Assembly (NCBI RefSeq): GCF_006345805.1
Contig: NC_042997.1
Location: 7,750,001 to 7,814,000 of the forward strand
From: Octopus sinensis
Lineage: Eukaryota
Direction of reading: 5' to 3'
DNA length: 64,000 bases
The notes below the pieces were generated by a model that ran no database searches, was not told the origin of the DNA, and saw nothing but the letters and a program-made list of their open reading frames with translations. A program made the translations under genes and the position numbers. This document shows positions 25,667 to 38,741 of this stretch, in pieces; within the stretch, counting starts at the first letter, position 1, and each line of letters opens with the position of its first letter.

Positions 25667-26833
25667 TATGAAGGAGTAATGCTGGTAATCTTTCATGTAT
25701 CAATTTCAACTGCACTTAATAATAAGTGTATTGTGTCTTTCTAGTTAAAATAAATCAGGTAGAGGCTTGGCACCAGGATGTTATCAAGTACTTTCAGGAA
25801 AGGGGTTTAGCTGACAAGGACATTCACGCTGTATTTCTTGATACGTTAAGTAATGGTGCTCTAGGTTTATCAACACTACAAATGGGGAAAGCTAAATGTA
25901 GGAGCGGAAGGGGGAATTTTTAAAATTACCTAAGGTCTGGACATCGTGCTAGTGCTACTACCGATAAAAACATTGTTTGTTTTCACTACATGCGGATGGG
26001 TGAAAACCGATTGACTTAAATCAAATATCCAATGCTATTAGAATATCCCATGTGTACGTTGAGAATATCCCAAACAATGAACATGGTAGGACGCAGATTT
26101 CTGCTCAGTGGATGGCACGCCTTATGATATTCGATCAAAAAGGCATCATGGTGATCACATCACAGGAAAAAATCTGACATTGTTTCAGGTAGATCTAGCT
26201 GGCTTCCTTAAGCGCTTTCTAAACGAAGATGATTGATGCTTTCATCATTTTGAGCCAGCGACAAAGAGACAATCCAGTGTAAAAAGTCCTCGCCGGCTCC
26301 AATGAGGGCCAAGATTGTTTCTTCTACAGTGAAGATGATGACCTCAATTTTTTGCTATACAAATGACGTTATGTTTATTGACTCACTTCGAATGAGTCAC
26401 ATCGCCAATGGATAGTACTATACCAACTTGCTGAGACAGTTACGAACGGCTATCAAGAGCAAATGCCAGGAAAAACTAAAAACAAGGGGTTTTTGTGTCA
26501 TTTAGGCAATACTGCAGCAAGCAAGACCTTCGTTACAATCGCTGCTATGCTTCTCTGTAGCTTTGAACTGGATGATGATCTTCCATTCCCTCCTGATTTG
26601 ACCCCATATGACTATTATCTGTTCCTCAACATGCATATGCACCTGTCAGCGTCACAGTGATGATGACGTCATATCAACAACATGAAAGCTTTTTCACCGA
26701 TGGGGTCCAAGCACCGCAATGCCAATAAAAGTTTGTGGACCGCAAGTGGGATTTGTTGAAGAATAGACCTCATTTAGCCACACTCTATGAGAGCATCTTT
26801 GTAAGCATATGGAATTTCCAGCCGACCCTCATA
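25667..26833 (+). mobile_element. Mariner element relic, near full length
   Basis: Degenerate TIRs (TATGAAGGAG..GCTGGTAAT left; reverse complement TATGAGGGTCGGCTGGAAAT right) with TA ends; HQDVIKYFQERGL N-terminus; FPPDLTPYDYYLF equals the YSPDLAPSDY(H)LF motif. Confidence 0.85.
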
Positions 26834-28514
26834 GATTCTGCTCAGTGCTTTAATATGTATTTAACGATCCACATCAATCCCGTAACTTTCTTGTTGATTC
26901 ATAATATTATATTTAACATGTTTGGTCAGAGAATAATAGAGAAAGTTCAGCAGTATCGCATTTTCACTGAAATTTAAAAGATAGATTATGAGTTATTTTT
27001 CTAAGTGATTTATGTAATCAAAATAATGACGTGGAAGTGGGGAAAATTCAGTTGCTATATAATTTAAAGAATAATAATGTATTTTGTACGGCGTATTCGA
27101 GACGTCAATATAAGTGTAACAGGACATTTGGTTGCTAGAAGTTACATGAAACTAATTGTTACCTCGGGATAGGGACGGTTCTTGAAATAGCTAAAGAGCA
27201 ATTACAAGCTTGTATTTAAAGTGTGTTAGTGTACTGCTACTCAATCGTGTGGCCGTCTCATTCTACGATTTGTGACGTAACAGTCAGCAAAAGATCAAGA
27301 ATACTGTACTCTTAAACTCTCGCGATAAAACTATTATCATTTTGATGCTGCTTTGTGATGCTAGAACTTCATGAAATACTATACGAAATTGTGTGTCTTT
27401 ACATTGTGAGCGTCTTCCAGTCGTTTATGCTTCTTTATCTCACTGAAATCGATCCCACTGACATAACACAAAGGACTATTCTCTAATTATACTTGACTTT
27501 GAAAATATGTAAGGAAGATAGTGTGTATGTCGCGTGCATGAGAGCTCTGTATGTGGAAGTTTGAAAGGTTTTAAAATTATTTATCATTTATGTTGGAGTT
27601 TGAGATGTTAGAGAAGTTATGAAATAGATTACTCATAAACAGGCTTAACATTGCGAAAAGGCTTTACACACACATAGTATTTGCGAGATAATCGTGCAGC
27701 CAAACAAATGGGTGATGTATGGAAATGACAGGAATAAAACCTTACTAGAAGATTCTTATGATAGCTTTTCTAAGCATGATAAACAGCAAAATAACTGACT
27801 AATAGAGGTTTCTACTAGTAATTAACGGTTGGAACCCACATGTAAGATTCTGTTGGAGCTGCTGTTATGTGCAACGATATTGATTTCGCTGTCTCCCAAA
27901 CAGTTATTTCTGGTATATATCGCCTAAATCCAACTAACAAAGAAGATAACAGAATCTGTATTATTTCTATCAAGTGTTTATTAATGATATAATTTATCTT
28001 CGTATAATTATTTCGCTGTCAGTCAACAAATTTCATATCCACACACTCCCCCAACCAACAAAGTCAGAGGGCATTAATTTTCTATCAGAATCTTTACATC
28101 GTTGAAAAAATCGGTTCTGTATTTCTTCAGGCTCTTTGCGTAGAAAGAGATATCAACTTAAACTTTCTTCATTCAGGAGTTGATAAAATGCAATATTATT
28201 AAAACGCTAGAGTCGCATTAATATTCACATTTCTTCCAAAATATATATAAGCCATCTTATCAATTAAGAGCGAGTGTAAATGATGAATGATAGCAAAATG
28301 AAGGAATTGTTATACATCAAAAAACATTCCTTGCTGTATTTGTTCCTGCCTTTCACGTTCGGTATTCATACTTTGCTAAGAACAAGTTTTGTTATCATTC
28401 TTCGGAGTCAATAAAGTAAAATAAAAGCTGAGCGCTGAAGTCGTTGCAATTGACTAACGACAGGCATCACAACTAAAAATTCAAACCATTATTATTGTTG
28501 TTCTTCTTCTTCTT

Positions 28515-28775
28515 CTTGTTATTTTATGTTTGACTTTTGCTTTGCATTTGTACAAGTTGTGTCCAAGTCTCACCCAGAGACCTCAAGAGACAACAAGTCA
28601 GAAGTTCATGTTGGTGTTATGCATAGGGTGCTATATATTTGGTTTTGTACATAGTGTTGTTCTAAAGAATGTTTAAGAAACCATAAAAAAATTTTTTTGC
28701 TTTAAAATTTGTGATTACATAGACAATATTTTACGTAGGATATGGGCAGTTCCCATGAGCCCTACTTTTGACTTT
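28515..28775 (-). mobile_element. Dong family A 3'-end fragment
   Basis: Homologous to 18915-19150 (GTACAAGTTG..CCAAGTCTCA.CCAGAGACCTCAA.AGACAACAAGT); flanked by TTA/TTG-rich runs. Confidence 0.85.
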
Positions 28776-28829
28776 CTGCCTGTTAATAGTATTATTATTA
28801 TTGTTGTTGTTGTTGTGGTTGTTATTGTT

Positions 28830-29200
28830 ATTAGATATTTGGCTTTTGCTTAGTATTTGTACACGTTGACTCCAATTTTGAAACAGACCTCAAGAGATTT
28901 CAAGTTAGAAATTCAAGTTAGTGCTATGACTGGGGTGCCATACTTTTGTTTTTACACAAGGTATTGTTCGAGAGAATGTTTGTGAAAATATAATAACATT
29001 AGAAGTTTGTTCTAAAAATAATTTGATTAGATGGTAGTATGATGTTAAGATGACTTTAAGGCGACTCTTCACAGATTTTTTGTGCTGTGGCGATTTCATA
29101 GAGAATATTTTTCTTTGGATATGAATAGTTTCAATGAGCACTATTTTTTGAATTTCTTCTATTTTGGATTCACTGGTGTCTGGGATAGCTAGCAATCAGC
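28830..29200 (-). mobile_element. Dong-like 3'-end fragment
   Basis: C-terminus KIEEIQKIVLIETIHIQRKIFSMK, plus a 3' UTR related to family A. Confidence 0.75.
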
Positions 29201-29830
29201 CACCTTTGCTATTGTTCCTTTGGCCCGGGGCACGCTTAGTCGATTATCATTCACGTCATGTTCTTTCTTTTTCATTCACCACAACAATGTCCGGTTTCAG
29301 ATGTCTGGTCGGGTGATCTCACTGGATCATTGCATTCCACAGGCTTTTGCAATTCTCATTTTCGGTGATCCTTCTGGTGTTTGCTCATACCACGTATTTG
29401 CTCTTTGTAGGTCGTGATTTCCACAGAGCCCCGAAAGCATCATTCTTGTCACATTGTCACAGCGTTTTTCGTAATCGCGTTGTGCCATTTTAGGCATTCG
29501 CTAACGATGAGCCTTAACGTTTCACCCCCACCCCTTACCATACATTCTGCATTTGTCGTTATCGGTAGTGTTGTCTATTCTCTGCTTCATATACCTGGTC
29601 CTAAGCTCTTGTTCCTGAGGTGCGCATATGAGTTCTTCAGTCTCTATCCACAGGTCACTCCTCCTCATCCATAGCCGCAGGTCCTCTGTATTTGTCTTGG
29701 CGTTCATATCTCTCGCAAACTGACCGTACATTTTCTTTTCCTTCCATGCCTTTTTGTTCGTTTCTTGTATAAATGTTTCTTAGTTACACAATTTTCAGAT
29801 TTGATGACGTCGGCCTTCTTTGTTTATTGT
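29200..29830 (-). mobile_element. Dong/R4 fragment (family C), zinc finger/RLE region
   Basis: MYGQFARDM...WMRRSDLWIETEELICAPQEQELRTRYMKQRIDNT..NDKCRM, homologous to the KSESEGFILAAQDQ-CCHC region. Confidence 0.75.
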
Positions 29831-29834
29831 TATT

Positions 29835-29847
29835 TTCATTATTATTA

Positions 29848-29917
<70 letters not shown>
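29835..29917. repeat. (TTA)n microsatellite
   Basis: Direct reading. Confidence 0.97.
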
Positions 29918-29921
<4 letters not shown>

Positions 29922-31645
29922 TAGTTTTATTCTTATAGCGTGCTTTTACTTCACTACCGAGCGCAGCTCTGTGTGCCTAGGGTATGTGCTGTGATTTGTT
30001 GTGATGCTCTGATGGTTATTGTATGGAAAGTCTTCTGCGTAGGATGTGTGCAGTGCCTAGTAGTGCAATTTTCTGTTTTTAGACTTTGCAGTGCCTGGGT
30101 GACCTCTTCAGTTGTTATGGGGGTCCAAAGTTGCTCAGATGCTGAGTTTGTTGTTTTAATACTCCTTGTTTTTGGTTGTTCCTTCGCCGACCATATTTCT
30201 CTCCAGAATTCTTCCACTTCTTCTGCCGTTGGTGCAGCAGTGATTTCTATTTTATTTTTGCCAAGTTCTTGGTAGAACTTTTTGGCGTTAGAGTTGAACT
30301 TTTTGTTTTGTTCAAAGAAACGTTGGCGTTTCTCGTACCGTCGGATCTTTTGTGCTTTGGCAAGGATATCTTGTGTTAGCTTTTCTTTTATCTCAGGTAA
30401 ATATTTTTCTATGATGTTGTATTTGCAGAGTATTTTTGCTTTATTTTTCTTGCTCAGTAGCGTTGATTGTCTACTGATTTCATTAAGAATCGACATGTTT
30501 TCTCATTTTTTTGTATTTTGTTTTGGATGTTTTTTATCCACAGAGTTTGTTTGGGTGGTGGTACTCCTGTTTGGATGGGTTTGAGTGAGTATCCAGCTTC
30601 TTTTGTGGCTGCAGTGGTTGCTGCGTATACTAAGTCATTTAGCTCAGTGATATCGCTTTTTGTTTCATTGGCTATTAGTTCCGTGACGGCTAGGTTTATG
30701 CTGTTTATAATTGGTGTTGTTGTTTTGTCTATTTTGATTTTTAGGAGGTATGGTCGGTGGTCCCATTTTGAGCTCTGTGGTTTTCAGTTCTTTGATTATT
30801 CTACTTTTTATAGTATCATAATCATTAGGCTCCCCTTCGTTGTTTCCAGGTTTTAGATTTGTGTCGTTTTCTTTCTCATTTGCATGTTTGTTTGTCGAAT
30901 TTTGGCTTGCTGTTTGTCGTGTATTATTATGCATCCTTACGGTCTGGGCTTGTTGTTTTATGTTTACATGGTTTTTATTGGAAATTTTACGTTTGTCTTC
31001 GTGTTTTACTGTTTCAGTGTTTATATTATTGGGCATTGTTGTGTGGCTTCTATCTACATTTTCCTGATGTATTTTGTTCTTTTAAATGTTCTATTTCTAT
31101 TTCTGATATTTTTTTTGCGTTGAGAATATATCTTCGTACGTTAGCTAGTTTATTATGGTTCATTGCTGTATCTAAGTCTATATTTATGTTATTTTCCTTC
31201 CATATTTTATATGGATGTGTTGTTGTGTTTTAATTCTTTGGGTAGAACACTGCTGTAAAGTAAGCGTATAAGATAGGAATGTAATCCTCACGTGTCCATT
31301 TATGTCTTTTGGGTTTTATTTGCGGGACATGAGGAACAACGTCCGGTCCATTATTTTGACGGTCGTCATTTTCGTAGGGTACCGGTCCGTTCATTTCTGT
31401 TGTCACATTGTTTTGCACGTGTAGTTTTTCGTACATTTTATGTTGTAAGTTTAAAGTACGTACTTGCCGATTGTTATTCTTGGGTTGAATAATATCGGTG
31501 TTATTTAATTTCTTAGTAGTTTTTTTGTACATGATGTTTGGGGTCGGAGTTGATCTGGTGTTGATGGATCGTAGGGGTCGGAGATTGAGCTGGTGTTGAT
31601 GGATTGTAGGGGTCGGAGATTGATCTGGTGTTGATGGATCGTACT
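29918..31645 (-). mobile_element. Dong/R4 element (family D) with both ends retained and RT/RLE deleted internally
   Basis: 5' UTR tandem repeats; N-terminal ORF with RHKWTRED; AKAQKIRRYEKRQRFFEQNKKFNSNAKKFY; EEVEEFWREIW; then a jump at ~30076 to the 3' end, which is homologous to 60720-60885; (TTA)n on both sides. Confidence 0.88.
31540..31643 (-). repeat. Three 34-35 bp tandem repeats at the 5' end of Dong family D
   Basis: GGGGTCGGAG(A)TTGA(T/G)CTGGTGTTGATGGAT(C/T)GTA x3, just upstream of the ATG at 31532. Confidence 0.95.
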
Positions 31646-31654
31646 TTATTATTA

Positions 31655-31736
<82 letters not shown>

Positions 31737-31737
31737 A
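31646..31737. repeat. (TTA)n microsatellite
   Basis: Direct reading. Confidence 0.97.
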
Positions 31738-32439
31738 CTAGTTCATTGTATATTTTTTTCATCACTCCAACTACATTTTCAAAAGTTTTCAACTATATTA
31801 TTATACGTGTCTGGAGCAAGAGTACGCTTGTTTGGCATTCGTTTGTGGTTGTTTGTTGTTTTGTTCATTGATATTCCAAATTTTATGGAACGGTTATTTT
31901 AGCAACGCAGCTTTCTGCAAGAGAGCCGAGCCGGTGTCCCTTTAATGAAAAATTTTGAGATTTAAAATTGCAAATTTAGTATTTTAAAACAAAAATTCCA
32001 ATATAGGTTCCAAAATCAAGAGAAGCGATTCCTGTTGGAATAGCTGCGATGGCATTGTACTCCCACTATTATTTAATATGGTCGAGGAGCGAAGCAGATA
32101 ATAGCAGCAGCAACAGATACGACAGCAGTAACAACAACAAAACTCGTATCAGTGATGAGCTAGATATATTTTAAAATAACGCAAGCACGAACTCCACCAT
32201 TATCCCTACGACCACCACCAGAAACATTAATGAAGTGACAGCAGCAGTCGTTCTTTTTTCTTAGCAGAATGGAAATGTTTTGCTAAAAGCTGTCGAAATA
32301 TGGAAAAATCCGAGTTGAAAGGAAAGGTTTTGAGAGTCGCTTAAGAAAGAATGGAAAAACAGTCTTCCTTAGCAGAGTGGAGGATGTGAAAACTATTTTA
32401 TATAAACAAATATCATTAAAGAGGAAGACAGTGGAGCAA

Positions 32440-33750
32440 TGCAGGCTCAGATTGAAAACTGCCTCAGACCAGTCTGCGGTTTAAAATATTGCGCCGCTAG
32501 TGGGAGACGCTTTTGTACAGTTAAGATTCTCAACCTAAAATTTAACTACAGAAAATGCTACAACAACGCTCAAATGCGAGGAATTATGACCACATCCAGC
32601 ATGGTGGGTTGTCACAGTAAAGGTTGCAGAGTTGCAACCAGAAGTGAACATCCCTTTGCTGGTACCAGTCGTATTATAAGGCATAGAAAACAAAACAAAA
32701 TTTCTGCAAGTTCACACAACGGGGAAGGAGGATTTAATCAGGCATAGATATTGAATTGTGGTTACACGCCCATATGATTAGTATCAAAGACACCCCTTAT
32801 CTAATAAGCCTACCTAGTGGAACACTGTTTTATGTAGCGGTAGAAGGTAGAAAGATGAGATATCACGTTTGTAGAGAAATAAATAATCTAAAGGTTTCCT
32901 GTCTCATCTAAAGTAAAGAAAAACATAAGTGCTTACTCAACAATAACAGCAGCAACATGAATAATAATACCAACGACATCAGTTCCATGGTTAGCAGAAG
33001 CCAAAACCAAAACAAAACAATATCAACAAAAAGAGCAACAAGAGATATCCATCAGTAACAAAATCCGGTACCGCAGCCGAGAAAAACAATAACAATGCCT
33101 CCATCTTCGCAACCGACAGAAGCCTAACCCAAACCAGTCGACCAGATGACCAGCTTAGAAATGCATGATTATGCAGATATACCTCTCCCCCTGCCACAGA
33201 TTTTTCTGATATTGAATACCTGTCTAGCGAGGAAGGCAGTCATGGAAACTCAGCCGAATTGATCCTGGTGAAAGGAAAAAGAAAAGAATTACAAAATTAA
33301 AAGCTCGGTACAAGTCTAAAAAGAAAGATATTGGAAGTGGAGACACAGGAACCAACAAAGCAACACACACCCACATACCCTGTACCATCACAATTACAAG
33401 CTACACTACAAATACGACCAAAATTACAAACCCTCAACAAAAGAAAACACATAGCAATCCAGACCAGCAACATGAGCTGTACTCCCAATGCATCACTAAT
33501 TACACCACCATAGACACTATAGACGCCCGAGAAAAATTTAATACATTTAATAAAACTACACTAATATACACAGACATTACTCGAAATGGCATAACTAATA
33601 TATCCACAGAAGAATTATAACACAACTCAACAAGCTTACAACAAAAGGAAAACAAAATATCCCAAAGAAATTGAAGATTTACGTGGAACCGTAAAGAAAA
33701 GGCTCCACAAAGAAATAGTAATAGCGTGATTCTTTTTTCCTCCTTCTCTC
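32440..33750 (+). pseudogene. Probable ORF1 relic of the downstream Tx1-like LINE
   Basis: AVEGRKMRYHVCREINNLKVSC at ~32835 resembles a decayed CX2CX4HX4C gag knuckle; lies directly upstream of the ORF2 relic; otherwise heavily broken. Confidence 0.4.
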
Positions 33751-33754
33751 TAAC

Positions 33755-36410
33755 AAGCAGGGTCGTGCTCAGAATAAGCAGTTTAAATGCATTTAGTGGC
33801 TATCAGTGAAACTAGACGAGCATTCGCGCCCATTTTCGTGGGTAAATGAGGTCTACTTATTTCGTGTCAGCCGGAGGGAGTGGAACTGCGGTGTTGTTTC
33901 GGAGAGGTCTGGATCTGAAGATAAGAATGATTTTCCTGCACCCAGACGTTGAGCTGTTGGTACTGAATGAGCACAGTAGCAACGGAGGTGACTCCAGACA
34001 GGTGGCTTCACGGAGGTGACTTCAGACTTCAAACTTCAGTAAGGCTCGTAGGCAGGGACCCGGTTATTTGAAGAAGAACGCATAACTCACGGCCTTTACA
34101 TTTCCAATAGTCAACAGCAAACGGTGGTTTGCCCTGAAAAATGGCAGAGTAGAATCGATTAAGTTGAATAAGTCATAAGGAATAGAAAGGAATTGAATAT
34201 CGGGAAACTTAGAAACACAAAAGCTGCTTAGAAAAGACAACGTAACCGATGTGCTAGAGGCGAAATTGACACTGGACCAGTTCTTCAAAGCTAAGCAGAT
34301 GGGATGCATTGTACGAGCTAAGTAGAGTTCCAACGTGGCAATGAAGCTACAATTTGATCTTTAGTGAACCAAAACGTGCGCACGGTACTGGACCCCGAGC
34401 AGATGAGTGCAACATTTCAGCAGCATTTCACTCAGTGGTTTAGGATGAAAGGCAATCAGGAACACAGGACGAAATTCAGTTCGTATCTCCGTCCTTAGGG
34501 CTTCTCTTTTAAATGCCAAACTACTTTAGCGCGGCCTCCCAACAGATGTTTGCCACAACTTAGCAGCAGAACATGAGTATTCCTAGTTCCTTGACTGGAG
34601 GAACGGAGGCACTGCTGAGAGTGAACCCAAAGAAGAGAGCTCAAATACAAAATGTTTGTTCCATTATGCTACTAACCGTAGATTTCAAAATTTCGGCCAA
34701 GGCGTGTGCAAAGATGTTGCCATTTGTCAAGAATTGTTTGGTGATGCGCAAACATGCGTAATCCCAAACAGATTTATCCACAATCTACACTTCATGTCAT
34801 ACATCATAAACCGGGTGGCTGGCATGGATGGTTCCATCATCATTTTGGATCAATCTAAAACGCTCTAAAGGGGGTCTACAAATACTTGGGGCCTGTTATC
34901 ATTTCTGCTTGTTTTTGTGGCTGGATCACCGCAACGTACAGCGATATCTGCTCGGTAGTTCTGTAAAATGGTTACCTATCGGAACCGTTCAGCGTCATGC
35001 GCTCGATCTGTCAAGGGCGTACCCTCTGGTCAATTATATATGTATCGGCTCTAGAACCACTACTACTGAAATTAAAGTTGTTCAGAGGCATCCCGCGTAA
35101 ACTAAGATAGAGGAGGACCTTGTCAGCATACTCAGACAAGGTTACCGTCATAACGTCGAGCAGCAGCATCATACAGCTGGTCGGCACTGTTCTAGAAGAA
35201 TAGGAGACTTTGGCAGGATCATATCTTAACCAAGGCCTGCAGCTCGGCACCTGGAGAGGCAAGTGTACACCGTCCAATAATGTCGTGGGACGCTGGACGG
35301 GGGATCCGGTTAAATTGCTCCTGGTTTGGTTTCGTCTGGATCTCCAGGTGAAGAAAGACTGGGGCAAAATGACGGGCAACGTAGATAGTGTCACTCAGAA
35401 ATGAGATGAAAGAAAGCTATCGCTGAAAGGTCGGGCGAATGTTGGGAGTACTTACATTGCATCCGTAATATACTGCCACCTCACCGTCATACACTGTCCC
35501 GGTTTGTTTTGTGTTCTATTTGCTATCAATCCCCGCTGAATAGAGGATTGGGCATGCCATGGCTAATGATGTTCAGACATGCGCTAAGGATGCGACATTA
35601 CCTTTCCTTGATAATGTGCAGTGTGGTCATCGTTTCTTACACTTGCTCTTCCAAAACGTTTCTCTTTGACTGGGATGCAGTCTTGAATCAAGCGTAGATC
35701 GAGGTACTGTACCTGGTACCTAGAGTGTCATCAGGCACTCACAATTATCAAGTGCAATGACGTTTTCTGCAAGACAATGAAAGTTGACGAGGATCAGCAG
35801 ACTGGTCTGTTCCAGAATACTTTCTGGACGGGGCCTCTGGATAATTTCCGGAAATCTTTGGCGTTACTGTACTACCAGGGACAGGCATTGCCGATTCGAG
35901 ATTAATTCTACAAGTGTGGACGTGCCGTCATCCAGGCTTGCTCGAGATGCAAGGAGAGCGACGAAATTATCCGTCCAGTGCCTGAGTATTGTGGGTTTAT
36001 ATCGAACAGCTGAAGTCTCCCGCTCTCAGCTGAGTCCATCGTGAAGATCATCCTATCACATTACTTTGGCCGGAAAAGACAGGCAGTGTTTTTATTTTTT
36101 TGTTTGGGGTCTGAGTGAAAGAGGCTCTGTGGAGGACCAGCTTGAAGAAGCTGAAGACAGATACTTTCCTCTTTTTCCAAGCCCTCATCAACTTTTTCAA
36201 GTTGCACTTGAAAAGAAAAGGAGGCGGTGGATGTGTTGCCTCTCGACAAGTTTTTGAAAGGTGGATTTATGCTGCAAGAATGGTCCAAGAGAAATGGCCT
36301 GTTCTAAGCATGCACCTAGAGACGAAGAGGAGAGAGCCTCTTTAAACCCACATTGTAATGTTTTGTACCATTCTCAATGATTTTGTGAACCTTTGTGGTT
36401 GATAAAGAAA
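33755..36410 (+). mobile_element. L1/Tx1-like LINE ORF2 relic (APE endonuclease plus RT) with 3' end
   Basis: LRISSLN and LVAISETR (APE N-terminus); LDQSKTL (34845); SICQG...YVSALEP (35003); AYSDK (35126, decayed YADD); VKLL..WF; RKLSLKGRANV (35411); ends GATAAAGAAA before (TTA)n. Confidence 0.85.
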
Positions 36411-36475
<65 letters not shown>

Positions 36476-36516
36476 CATTATTATCATTATTATTATTATT
36501 ATTATCATTATTATTA

Positions 36517-36569
<53 letters not shown>

Positions 36570-36670
36570 CTGTTGTTGTTGTTGTTGTTATTATTATTAT
36601 CATCATCATCATCATTATTATTATTATTATCATTATTATTATTATTATTATTACTACTAATAATAATTAT
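36411..36670. repeat. Compound (TTA)n/(TTG)n/(TCA)n microsatellite
   Basis: Direct reading. Confidence 0.97.
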
Positions 36671-38741
36671 TATTTTCGTTGCTGTTGGTGTTGTCGTTGC
36701 CTTCCTCGTCGTTGTTGTTGTTTTGTTGTTGGTGTTGTTATATAATATCAGTATCAGTAGCAAGGGGAGGTGAGAAAAGATACTGTCATTTGCATCCTTT
36801 TATTGGTGTGATTCTTCTTTTTTTTATTTTCATTTTATTATTTTTCTTCATGTTGATTTTCTCATATTTATATTTTTTTTATATCTATTATACTTGTTTC
36901 TTTTACTCATTTATCGTCATCTTTCATTGCAAATAACATTTCTCGTGATAAATGTTATTTATTTCTTTGTTTTACCATCAGTTCTTAAGTTTCCTGTCAT
37001 TATTGTTGATGTTATGATAGTGTGATTTTGTTTTTATATAGGTTGATTTATCTTTTAAATGTTCTTTTTAGTAGCACTGTTGTATTGTTGCTGCTCTTGT
37101 CAATGATAATTTATTTGTTATTTGCTTTCCCCTTTTTTTGTAAAGTTGCATTTTCTATAGTTATCTTCGAAAGTAGCTTAACTAAAGCCGGTTGATCTTC
37201 AGTAATCGGAAAACATTGATAATTTGATTGTGAGATATTCAGATAAATACACATACGTGTACTGATACACACATGCTTATATAAATAAACATACACCTAC
37301 GTAAATCTTACATGGAAACTTACAAATACAAGACAAAATACGTAGAGATGATTTCTAAGAAGAAAGAACGAATGTGTATAGAAATGAACATATCTGAGAT
37401 ACGGAACGACCTAGATACACAGGGTGACGCATACACAAAAAATAGCAACAGCGAGAGAGTGGAGAGAGAAAGGAGGAACGATTGCGAAAGAGAAAGCAAA
37501 GTCTTGAAGAAATAACACGTACAACAAAAGAAATTCAAAATACAAACGCAGACAGTGAAAATAATGTCGAAGACAAACACATAAATGAAAATCGAATGAC
37601 AGTAGAAATGAAAACAAAATGACATCTGCAATGTTAAGGGAAAACTTAAGATAAATGTCATTTTGAACAAAGTTTATGACAGGAAGAATATTGCTACTAA
37701 AAGCATCGACAACAGTCGCAAAAATAAGGTTGATATCAAATATAATTATGATACTAATAGTACAAGTGTATTTAACCATTAATTACATCATACGATCACT
37801 ACCTAACATAATGTAAGATATTGATATCAAAATTCATTGAACATTTGGCAGTGGTGTGTGTGTGTACATACGCACACGAACTTATAACCAGTTCAAATAC
37901 GCACAAGGTATATACAAAAACTTCTGAGTAGGTGTGTTCCTGCGATGATTTAGTATATTTACACCCATTTGTTTCGAGCTACAAACTTTCTCCTTGACAA
38001 AACGCATTGAATGGTTTTTGTACGGGTTCGATTATGCCTCAAAGATATTTGAACTAGTATATTTATCCTATATATTTATACACTTCAATGTAGAGCGTTC
38101 CTGCCCTGTACACACGTGTATCCCCGCGTGTATATATATGAGACTCATTCCCGAAGTCTTTGGAGTCTTTTTCAGAAAACACTCATTTATTTCCAGAGCG
38201 AATATGTCCAAGATCCTGGGACAGCTTCCTTCATTTTCTTAGTATCCTGAAAAAGACTAGCTGTGAGTTTCTTCTGCAGCTTGGTTAACAAACATAAGTT
38301 ACAGGCAGCACTTTCTCTTCTGCTGGGAGGATGAAGGATAGTTTTGATGCGCATTTCTATCAGGTACTAGGTTACTAGGACAATGCACCATTCGCCAATA
38401 TATCTCCTCCGTCAAACTTTCAACAAAGTTCTCTTGCTGACAATCTGGCCAGAGGAAGCCCAGTGGATGTAAAGCATAATCAAGAGTTTTCCAGTGAGTA
38501 CGCTTTCATTGACCTTTTTATGTGTGTGCGGGGTGGGGTGGGGGCAGGATGCTTCATTTCGTCATTTTGTCTCATTGTCTCTGGATAATATCAATACATC
38601 CAGCTTTCCTAACGTCATCAGAAACTGTAATACGCTTGAACTGGAGTCAGTGACCTCAACTCTCTCAGCTGTTGCCAAGGTAGCTTTCGTTCTCTTTGTC
38701 ACTGACCACGCTCGGAATAAACTTTGCACAAAAGTTGAGCA

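Noticed and set aside
31540-31643. Repeat units of CRISPR-like length
   Set aside because: The units are directly adjacent with no unique spacers, in a eukaryotic retrotransposon 5' end with no cas genes.
38160-38720. Minus-strand protein-like text (LQFLMTLGKLDVLILSRDNETK), possibly an APE endonuclease DxxxxQET relic
   Set aside because: Only one weak motif after invoking a frameshift, and no supporting motifs downstream.
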